The translations under genes and the position numbers were made by a program. From Promethearchaeota archaeon (GTDB taxonomy: Archaea > Asgardarchaeota > Lokiarchaeia > Sigyniarchaeales > SOKP01), in the NCBI GenBank assembly GCA_013375475.1, contig JABXKD010000083.1, positions 1 through 15,538 on the forward strand: 15,538 nucleotides of DNA, in the 5' to 3' direction. Below the pieces are notes generated by a model. The model was not told where the DNA came from, ran no database searches, and worked only from the letters and a program-made list of their open reading frames with translations. How positions within the stretch are numbered: position 1 is the stretch's first letter; each line of letters opens with the position of its first letter. Positions 1 through 6,945 of this stretch are shown here, piece by piece.

Positions 1-549
1 AGCCCTCCCAGCAGGTAAAAAAGTCTCATGAAACTCAGGAAATCTCCGTGATTTATACATTACCGCTAATTGATTCCATAATTTTGCTGTTATTGGTGAC
101 ACTAAAAAACCTTTTTCAGCATAATGAATTGCTGGTTCAAACAACTCTTTAAAATTTAATTGCCCATATCTTTTGGACAGAGCAACCCAGGCGGAAACAG
201 CCCCGGGAATCGTCACAGAATCCCATCCCAATAATGGCATAGCTTTATATTTAGAAAAATGTTCTACGGTCCAACCTGAAGGAGATTTACCTGAAGCATT
301 TATCCCTACTATTTTTTTTCCATCAAAAACGATTGCAAATGCGTCGCTTCCAATCCCATTATTAACGGGTTCAACCACAGTAAGCGTTATTGCAGTTGCT
401 ATAGCCGCATCTATGGCATTTCCTCCCTTTCTAAGCATACTTAATCCAGCTTGGCAGGCAAGAGGTTGAGATGTAGAAACTATATTTTTGGCTAATACTG
501 GCATTCTTCTAGAGGGATATGGGAACTCCCATTTAAAATTTTCATCCAA
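1..549 (-). CDS. ggt: Gamma-glutamyltransferase family protein (YwrD-like), N-terminal part; runs off the left edge
   Basis: Not in the ORF track; translated by hand from TTG at 549: MDENFKWEFPYPSRRMPVLAKNIVSTSQPLACQAGLSMLRKGGNAIDAAIATAITLTVVEPVNNGIGSDAFAIVFDG...GINASGKSP...GWDSVTIPGAVSAW. These are the GGT N-terminal motifs (GGNAxDAAIA, VVEP..GIGxD, VTxPG). Confidence 0.93.
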   Translation of the reverse strand, partial: MDENFKWEFPYPSRRMPVLAKNIVSTSQPLACQAGLSMLRKGGNAIDAAIATAITLTVVEPVNNGIGSDAFAIVFDGKKIVGINASGKSPSGWTVEHFSKYKAMPLLGWDSVTIPGAVSAWVALSKRYGQLNFKELFEPAIHYAEKGFLVSPITAKLWNQLAVMYKSRRFPEFHETFLPAGRA

Positions 550-617
550 AATTTAAGTTACACTTTTAATTATGAATTTTTTTAATGATTAAATTTCTAA
601 AGCTATTTATAATTTTA

Positions 618-1133
618 TTATTCGCCTTGATAATTAATCAATTCTTTTTCAATCATTTTTATCAATTCGAGAGAAAAAGGTATGGAATTCGCCAGTACAT
701 TGACTAATTGATAGACCTTGTCAAAACCATGCATATCTTCTATAGAAACCTTTTCCTTATCAATATCTTCCTTAATTGTATTTATTTTTTTAGCGAATTT
801 TGAGATGTCGCTTGTAAGGTCTCTGAACGAATGAATAAAGGCTACAATTGGATTTCTCATTGAATAAGTAATTTCCCCAGTGTTAGACACACCAGTCTTT
901 TCGATTAGATCCATAGAAATTAATTTTTTAACTTCTTGTGATATTGTTCCTCGCGAGAATCCAGTAAGCTCTTGCAATTTTTCTTGAGTTAAGGATTTTC
1001 GGGTAATAAAATAAATTTTAATTGTTATAAAAGTAGTTTTTTGCCCGATAAAAAGGGAATAGGACGTGAGGAATTTAAAGATGTCCTTTTCAATCACTCG
1101 TATTTCGTCATCAAATTCTTCGATTGTATTCAA
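618..1133 (-). CDS. Winged-HTH transcriptional regulator, GbsR/MarR-like (subtype B, copy 1)
   Basis: HTH segment LTQEKLQELTGFSRGTISQEVKKLISMDLIEK followed by a helical C-terminus. GGAGG site upstream of the TTG start. The start overlaps the upstream stop by 4 nt (TTGA). Confidence 0.8.
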   Translation of the reverse strand: MNTIEEFDDEIRVIEKDIFKFLTSYSLFIGQKTTFITIKIYFITRKSLTQEKLQELTGFSRGTISQEVKKLISMDLIEKTGVSNTGEITYSMRNPIVAFIHSFRDLTSDISKFAKKINTIKEDIDKEKVSIEDMHGFDKVYQLVNVLANSIPFSLELIKMIEKELINYQGE

Positions 1134-1912
1134 GTCTTATCCTCCCTAAGCTCTTTTATAAAAGTTGATTCATTAATCTTTTCTAGCAATTTTACATTAT
1201 ATTCAAAAAAGTTAATCATTTCAGTTACTCTTTTTGAGAGTATATTATAGCCGTTTTTATCTTTATTTTTGTCTAATTCTTGAACCTTACTTAATAAGAA
1301 TTCAATTGCGCGTTCATTAGATTCAGATTTATAAGATCCAATGTTAGAGGCAATATCAGCCATATTAGTTCCTAAGGTATAGAGATATTCGCGTTTTCCT
1401 TCTAAAGGTTCTTTTTTTATTGCAGGAGCACTCGATAAGATCTTTAAACTCTGAGAGATAGCGCCTTTTGAAAACCCTGTTAATTCTTTAAGTTGTGTTT
1501 GAGTTAAACTTTCATGGAGTAGTAAATAACCAACAATAGAGCCAAAAACAGCGTTCTGACCTTTGATTTTACCAGCATCAACCAGAATTTCTATTAAACG
1601 CTTTTCATAAACCCTAACTTTCCCTTCATATATGTGTGATTTGCTTTTTAGATGTTGTGCATAGCAGAGATCAAATGTTTCTTCCATGGCATTCCATAAT
1701 GCCTCGGTTTCTTCATCGTTAACCTCAAGGTCTTTAAAACTTGTTTTTAATTGATACAATGAATCATTTTCCCAAATTGGATTTGTGAGGAAATCTTTTA
1801 TTGTTTCTTTTAAGTAATTAATATTTCTACCTTTGTTTTGACTTAAATAACTTTGAATTATAGCCTTAGTTAATTCCAAAATATGCTTAAATTTTTCTGA
1901 ATTAGTTTGCAT
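1130..1912 (-). CDS. Winged-HTH transcriptional regulator, GbsR/MarR-like (subtype A, copy 1), with ~90-aa N-terminal extension
   Basis: IVGYLLLHESLTQTQLKELTGFSKGAISQSLKIL...KREYLY matches a GbsR-like HTH and wing. The C-terminal ~170 aa align by eye with ORF 4414..4929. Confidence 0.8.
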   Translation of the reverse strand: MQTNSEKFKHILELTKAIIQSYLSQNKGRNINYLKETIKDFLTNPIWENDSLYQLKTSFKDLEVNDEETEALWNAMEETFDLCYAQHLKSKSHIYEGKVRVYEKRLIEILVDAGKIKGQNAVFGSIVGYLLLHESLTQTQLKELTGFSKGAISQSLKILSSAPAIKKEPLEGKREYLYTLGTNMADIASNIGSYKSESNERAIEFLLSKVQELDKNKDKNGYNILSKRVTEMINFFEYNVKLLEKINESTFIKELREDKT

Positions 1913-1989
1913 CTATAAAGGTTATGAAATCTGGCTACGATATTTAATATTCCTTAGATATAATATGGGAATACTTATTATTAAGTATT

Positions 1990-2099
1990 TTCAAAATTCA
2001 TGAACTTTTTATGTTTCATTTTCACTAAAAATGAAAATGTTTATAAGTGTAAAAAATATTTAGTATCATGGTAATAAAACAATTTTCAAAAAAGGTGAA
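1990..2099. promoter_or_regulatory. Three TTCA-N7-TGAA palindromic boxes (1990-2004, 2021-2035, 2085-2099) around the putative ABC promoter (TATA-like TTTATAAG at ~2040-2047)
   Basis: Read directly: TTCA-aaattca-TGAA, CATTTTCA-ctaaaaa-TGAAAATG (8-bp perfect arms, 2017-2039) and TTCA-aaaaagg-TGAA (overlaps the AGGTGA ribosome site). Operator role is inferred. Confidence 0.7.
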
Positions 2100-2105
2100 A
2101 GAAAA

Positions 2106-3062
2106 TTGAATGCGATCGAAATAAAAAATCTAAAAAAATATTATAACAAAGGAAAGATTAAAGCGGTTGACGGAATTTCACTCAAAGTTCCAAAAGGAGC
2201 AAGATATGGATTTTTAGGACCGAACGGTGCAGGAAAAACGACGACAATTAGATGTATTTTAGGTTTTCTTAATATCGACAGTGGAATAACTATGATCAAT
2301 GGCGAAGAAATTAACCCGAAAAAGGATGTTAAATTTAGAAACCAAATTGGGTACCTTCCAGGTGAGCTTGGGCTCTATAAATACATGACAGCAGAACAGT
2401 TAGTAAAATATTTTGCAAAACTCTTTGATATTGAAATCGACTGGAAATTCATTAAGGATGTCACAGAAAGACTTGAAATTGAAATGGATCGGAAAATGGG
2501 TGTGCTCAGTAAAGGAAACAAACAGAAAATAGGTGTTTTAACCGCCTTAATGGGTAAATACGACATTCTAGTTATGGATGAGCCAACCTCTGGTCTAGAT
2601 CCTTTAATGCAATCTGAATTTTATAGGATAATTGCTGAACGCCAAGAAGAGTCTAATTGTACCGTTTTTGTATCTAGTCATGTGCTTCCCGAAATTGAAA
2701 AATTTTGCGATCAAGTTGCCATTATTAAAAACGGTAAAATTGTAGAAGTCTCCAGTGTTCAGGAGCTTAAAAAGAAGAGTTTAAAACGAGTTGAGCTAGA
2801 TTTTGAAAACAATAAAGGTTTATTGGAATTTAAGTCGTTTCTACTATCAGAATTTCCTGAGGCGATCTTAAAGCAAAATTATCAAAAAAGAATCGAATTT
2901 CTTCTCCCTTATAACCAGTCTCGCGACATATTGCAGTATTTAAGTAAAAATAATTGGGCGGGAATGCCCATTAAAGACTTTACCATTACACACTCAACTT
3001 TGGACAATATCTTCCTGGAATATTATAAAGATTCTAATCAAAAAGGAGGTGAAATTGTTTGA
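2106..3062 (+). CDS. ABC-2 type (drug/peptide exporter family) ATP-binding protein
   Basis: Walker A GPNGAGKTT, signature LSKGNKQK, Walker B/D-loop ILVMDEPTSGLDP, H-loop SSH. Confidence 0.95.
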   Translation: MNAIEIKNLKKYYNKGKIKAVDGISLKVPKGARYGFLGPNGAGKTTTIRCILGFLNIDSGITMINGEEINPKKDVKFRNQIGYLPGELGLYKYMTAEQLVKYFAKLFDIEIDWKFIKDVTERLEIEMDRKMGVLSKGNKQKIGVLTALMGKYDILVMDEPTSGLDPLMQSEFYRIIAERQEESNCTVFVSSHVLPEIEKFCDQVAIIKNGKIVEVSSVQELKKKSLKRVELDFENNKGLLEFKSFLLSEFPEAILKQNYQKRIEFLLPYNQSRDILQYLSKNNWAGMPIKDFTITHSTLDNIFLEYYKDSNQKGGEIV

Positions 3063-3874
3063 AGGTGATTCAAACTACCTTAAAAGAGATAAGGTATAGC
3101 ATTAAAGGAATTATAATTCTTGCTTTATTATTTGGATTATTTTTTCTAGCATTCATGGCTATCTACGATCCTACGCTCTTTGAAGATATGGAAGCGTTAC
3201 TTGCAAGCTATCCTGAAGCAATTGTCGCAATGGTTGGAAAATATATCGCATTAACAACTTTTGGAGGTTTTTTGAACGTATATCTCTTTTCAATGACTTG
3301 GTTTTATTTTGGTTTCTATTTTATAATAAAAGCAGCGCAGGATATACCCAAAGAAATCGAGGATAAAACAGTTGATATTATTTTGTCAAAACCTATTAAG
3401 CGGTGGAAATTTGTAATAGGTAAATATGTGCGGCATGTAATAACTGCGTTTATTCTTGTTGCTTTTTCAAGTCTAGGAGTTCTTATTGGTGTTTTTGCTT
3501 TTCCAACTATAGTTCCGAGCGAAGTATACTTTAACGAGATATACGCGGTGTTCCTATGGCTTTTTGTATTTTTAGTTGCATTGATTAGTACATCGTTATT
3601 CTTTTCGACATTTCTCCGTCCACGGCGTGCACTTACCTTTAGCTTTGCTGTTATAGTTTTTTTTTATATTGTAGGGATATTCTGGGAAGCGTTTCCAGAA
3701 GCAGTCCAAGGCATGAAATTTTTGAGTATATTTTATTATTTTGAAACATCGAATTTGCTTGTAAACCATGTCTGGGATAATGTTCTCCTAAACATTTTAA
3801 TTCTAACGGGATATTCAGCATGTATGGTAGGCTTATCAGTGTTTATATTTAATAAGCGAGATATTCCCGTTTAA
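3059..3874 (+). CDS. ABC-2 type transporter permease
   Basis: About six hydrophobic segments and the motif EIEDKTVDIILSKPIKRWKFVIGK, ending in FNKRDI. GGAGGTGA at 3045-3052. Overlaps the ATPase stop by 4 nt. Confidence 0.9.
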   Translation: MKVIQTTLKEIRYSIKGIIILALLFGLFFLAFMAIYDPTLFEDMEALLASYPEAIVAMVGKYIALTTFGGFLNVYLFSMTWFYFGFYFIIKAAQDIPKEIEDKTVDIILSKPIKRWKFVIGKYVRHVITAFILVAFSSLGVLIGVFAFPTIVPSEVYFNEIYAVFLWLFVFLVALISTSLFFSTFLRPRRALTFSFAVIVFFYIVGIFWEAFPEAVQGMKFLSIFYYFETSNLLVNHVWDNVLLNILILTGYSACMVGLSVFIFNKRDIPV

Positions 3875-3883
3875 TTTTTTTTT
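3875..3883 (+). terminator. Oligo-T tract at a convergent gene junction (putative archaeal-type terminator)
   Basis: T-run directly after the permease TAA, abutting the stop of the convergent regulator. Confidence 0.4.
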
Positions 3884-4403
3884 ACTTTATTTCTAAACTT
3901 TCGGAAAATTTTTCATATATTTTAATTGCTGGTAGATAGAAGTCTATAACTTTCATGACATTATCGTAACCATTCATTGTTTCAAGTTTACTGCGCTTAG
4001 TTTCCATTTCATTTTTCATTTTATCAAGGTGATCTTGCCACTTAAGCATCGCAGCGATGATGTTTTTAATTCTAGCAGTAGAAATCTGTTCAACTGATTC
4101 GAAAGTATATACTTTTCTACGAATACCAGGGATTTTCTTTCTAATAATCATTCCTGAATCTACAAGATTATTTAGTTCTTGTGAGATTTTCCCAGACGAG
4201 TAACCAGTGAGATGTTTAAGGAGATGTTGGGTTATTTCCTTTCTTAACATTATATAGATTAAGATTTTAGTAGTAATTTCGTTTCTAGTAGAGTAAATTG
4301 GAGATTTAATCAGATGCTCTACGATTTCTTTCTCAATTTTTCTTACCTTATCGTCATAAGTATCTTCTTCATCTTCCATTTCCTTACACTTCCCTTTTTT
4401 CAA
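3882..4403 (-). CDS. Winged-HTH transcriptional regulator, GbsR/MarR-like (subtype B, copy 2); start may be ATG 4379
   Basis: ITQHLLKHLTGYSSGKISQELNNLVDSGMI. N-terminus YDDKVRKIEKEI parallels FDDEIRVIEKDI of 618..1133, and C-terminal MNGYDNV parallels MHGFDKV. Confidence 0.8.
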   Translation of the reverse strand: MKKGKCKEMEDEEDTYDDKVRKIEKEIVEHLIKSPIYSTRNEITTKILIYIMLRKEITQHLLKHLTGYSSGKISQELNNLVDSGMIIRKKIPGIRRKVYTFESVEQISTARIKNIIAAMLKWQDHLDKMKNEMETKRSKLETMNGYDNVMKVIDFYLPAIKIYEKFSESLEIK

Positions 4404-4422
4404 TTATCAATTATCAATTATC
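4400..4422. repeat. 7-bp tandem repeat (TCAATTA)x3
   Basis: tcaatta tcaatta tcaatta tc spans the junction between the two regulator genes. Confidence 0.8.
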
Positions 4423-4929
4423 GCTTAACATTTTAGTCATCGAAGGCGTAATCTTCATAACCTTTTTATATCCATCTAATAACACATTTAATTGAGTGCG
4501 AAGATTTTTGTAACCTTCTTTGCCTTTATATTCTTCCAATTCGTTCAATTTATTTTCCATAAATTTAGAAATTAAAGTAAACTGCTCAATTGAAACCTCG
4601 CTAGATGTTTCAAATATTTTTGGAAGATCTCCAATCTTTGAATATAGATTCATATTACTCGATGCTATTCTTTCTTTTTGTACTACGCCAAGCTCAACTA
4701 AATTTCCAAGTGTTGCTGAAATTGTACCAGAAGAATACCCAGTTAGTTCTTTCAAATTAGATTGAGATAACTTATCGTGAATGATTAAATATCCAAGAAT
4801 CTCTTGGATCTTTGCAGGTGTATCTTTGTTCTTACCAATATCTATAAAAAATTTAATAAGAGTTTTTTCGTAATCTTTGATTTTTCCTCTAAATCTAAAA
4901 TCGTAATCTGGCGCTTGGTTTGAATTCAT
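4414..4929 (-). CDS. Winged-HTH transcriptional regulator, GbsR/MarR-like (subtype A, copy 2)
   Basis: ILGYLIIHDKLSQSNLKELTGYSSGTISATLGNLVELGVVQK. GKIKDYEKTLI parallels GKVRVYEKRLI of 1130..1912, and KEGYKNL parallels KNGYNIL. Confidence 0.82.
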   Translation of the reverse strand: MNSNQAPDYDFRFRGKIKDYEKTLIKFFIDIGKNKDTPAKIQEILGYLIIHDKLSQSNLKELTGYSSGTISATLGNLVELGVVQKERIASSNMNLYSKIGDLPKIFETSSEVSIEQFTLISKFMENKLNELEEYKGKEGYKNLRTQLNVLLDGYKKVMKITPSMTKMLSDN

Positions 4930-4950
4930 TAATTCTATATTGTTTTTAGA

Positions 4951-5067
4951 GTTTTTAAACTTTTCATATCATGTGAAGTTTCATAAAAAATGAGGAACCT
5001 TTAAATAGGTAGTTTACTATTCATAATATGAACATTTCAAAACTCATGAAAGTTCATTAAAATTGAA
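4951..5067. promoter_or_regulatory. Divergent promoter region with TTCA-N7-TGAA boxes (4963-4977; 4980-4994 with one mismatch; 5036-5050; 5053-5067), an N5 variant (5020-5032) and TATA-like boxes (minus ~4952-4959, plus ~5000-5007)
   Basis: Read directly: TTCA-tatcatg-TGAA, TTCA-taaaaaa-TGAG, TTCA-aaactca-TGAA, TTCA-ttaaaat-TGAA and TTCATA-a-TATGAA. Function is inferred. Confidence 0.7.
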
Positions 5068-5108
5068 GAAATAAAATAATAAAAAAAAGAAAAGGGAGTG
5101 AAAAGAAA

Positions 5109-5363
5109 GTGATCTCAGAAAAAGAATTTAAAAATTACGAAGAAGTTCCCTATAATGAAGAGCCTGAAATGATAAAGAAGGAAAAAAAAGTTGAGAAAAT
5201 TTATGAAATGATTGAACAAGAAAGAATATATGATATTTTTCCTACCTATGATCTTCAAGACGAGAAATTGACTCAAGATATATTCGAGATTTATAAAGTT
5301 CTATTCTGGGGAGTAGCTGCCGTAGCTTCCACACTCCTATGGTTATACTTTTTCATAACCTAA
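5109..5363 (+). CDS. Small hypothetical protein with charged/acidic N-terminus and a single C-terminal transmembrane helix
   Basis: GTG start after GGGAGTG. Hydrophobic tail VLFWGVAAVASTLLWLYFFIT. Fills otherwise empty space and ends 1 nt from the convergent PHP stop. Confidence 0.7.
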   Translation: MISEKEFKNYEEVPYNEEPEMIKKEKKVEKIYEMIEQERIYDIFPTYDLQDEKLTQDIFEIYKVLFWGVAAVASTLLWLYFFIT

Positions 5364-5364
5364 T

Positions 5365-6141
5365 TTAAGATCTATGAAGACCTGGATCCAGATATGGTTT
5401 TTCAGAATATAAAATCTTAGTTTGTTTCTTTTTTAATTCTTCTAATAACGCTTCCTCGGTAAATTCTTTAAGCTTTAATAATGTCCAGCCGTGAACTCCC
5501 CCACTTAGCAATTTAACGGGACTATGCATATCTGTTCCGGTAAGCATTCCAATTTCTCTATTATGTTTCGTACAAAAATCATAGGATTCTTGATCAAAGA
5601 CATTTTCTGGGAGAGAATCGTCATTAACAATCTCGATATAATCAACTCCCCATTCCAATAAGGTTTCTCGAGTTGGATGGTTTTTGTATTTGGCTTCATA
5701 TAAACTCCATGGAATATGGTTACAGACAACTATGCCGCCTTGATCATGAACTTTGTTAATGGTTTCAATAATCTTTTCGTCTTTAGGTCTATAAGGTACT
5801 CTCGTATTCCATTTTGAGACGCCTAAGAAATTAAGATGAAGTCTATTAGTTGTCCATTCAATACCGCTAGTTATTAGAATGCCTTTTTTAATGTAATCCT
5901 CCTTAATTTTATTGATTTTCTCTAGGTGCCGCATATTATTATGATCGCTTATAGTTAAGGCATTATAACCCATAGCAATGTGCCACTCAACATTTTGTTT
6001 TATTGTAAGTTTTCCATCGCTGTAGTTTGTGTGCGAATGATGATCGTATATTAAATTATAAGCATTCATATCATATTTTGGAATTTTAAGAGGTTTAACA
6101 TTTTTCCAATCATCATCTGAGTAGACACTTGATAAAGGCAT
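5365..6141 (-). CDS. PHP-domain metal-dependent phosphoesterase
   Basis: Motifs DHHSHTNYSDG, ISDHN, GIEW...H, NHIP, IEIVN and GTDMHS. Confidence 0.9.
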   Translation of the reverse strand: MPLSSVYSDDDWKNVKPLKIPKYDMNAYNLIYDHHSHTNYSDGKLTIKQNVEWHIAMGYNALTISDHNNMRHLEKINKIKEDYIKKGILITSGIEWTTNRLHLNFLGVSKWNTRVPYRPKDEKIIETINKVHDQGGIVVCNHIPWSLYEAKYKNHPTRETLLEWGVDYIEIVNDDSLPENVFDQESYDFCTKHNREIGMLTGTDMHSPVKLLSGGVHGWTLLKLKEFTEEALLEELKKKQTKILYSEKPYLDPGLHRS

Positions 6142-6156
6142 GAAATTCTTTACATC

Positions 6157-6945
6157 TCAGATTGATTTTCTATTATAAAGTTCTTTTACAAAAAAAGTCG
6201 CAACATTCTCAGAAAATGTGTTAGGGCCAAAACCAGCATCATATCCTAATTCTTTCGCAAGTTCATTCGAAATTCTAGCACCACCACAGACTAAAACAAT
6301 TTTATCTCTTATCTCCTCAGCTTCCAGCAGATCGACAAGGTTGGTTAAATTTCTCACATGGATATCTTTCTGTGTTACAGTTTGGGAAACAAGAAGTACG
6401 TCAGCTTTTAGTTCTATAGCTTTTTTTACGAATGTTTCGTTTGATACTTGACTACCAAGATTATAAGCTTCAATCAGCTCATACCGCTCTAGTCCATAAT
6501 GCCCAGCAAAGCCCTTCATGTTCATAATCGCATCGATTCCTACCGTATGTGCATCAGTCCCAGTTGTAGCGCCAATAACAACCAACTTTCGTTTTATTTC
6601 GGTTTTAATGAAATCATTTATTTCTTCAATTGTCATCGCTTCAACTTCTACAGATTCTGCCTTTATTTTTGTATAGTCTATTGAGTGCTTTAAGCTTCCA
6701 TATAACACAAAATATGTGTATCCTTGATCTAAAGATACATGATATGCTATTGAAGGTTCTTCTATCCCCATCTTCTTACCAAGTTTTAATGCTGCAATTA
6801 TAGCTTTTTCTCCATCATCTACAGGAAGAGTAAAACTAACTTGTATTTTTCCGTCATTCATTGTGTCTCCATACGGTTTGATTTTTGTTAGATCTAAATT
6901 CTTGTCAAAATCTTTCTTTTCTGTAGAGTAGAGTCCCCCACCCAT
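6157..6945 (-). CDS. kamE: Lysine 5,6-aminomutase beta subunit (cobalamin-binding)
   Basis: KPYGDTMNDGKIQVSFTLP N-terminal domain, B12 base-off motif DAHTVG, PLP lysine in MNMKG, and LLVSQTVTQ. AGGAGGTGA ribosome site; TAATG overlap with kamD. Confidence 0.96.
   Translation of the reverse strand: MGGGLYSTEKKDFDKNLDLTKIKPYGDTMNDGKIQVSFTLPVDDGEKAIIAALKLGKKMGIEEPSIAYHVSLDQGYTYFVLYGSLKHSIDYTKIKAESVEVEAMTIEEINDFIKTEIKRKLVVIGATTGTDAHTVGIDAIMNMKGFAGHYGLERYELIEAYNLGSQVSNETFVKKAIELKADVLLVSQTVTQKDIHVRNLTNLVDLLEAEEIRDKIVLVCGGARISNELAKELGYDAGFGPNTFSENVATFFVKELYNRKSI

Noticed and set aside
173-469. 98-aa plus-strand ORF
   Set aside because: Antisense shadow of the minus-strand ggt, which has clear family motifs.
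4963-5067. Mini-CRISPR or transposon ends
   Set aside because: Only 4-bp half-sites are conserved; there is no repeat-spacer structure, cas gene or transposase.
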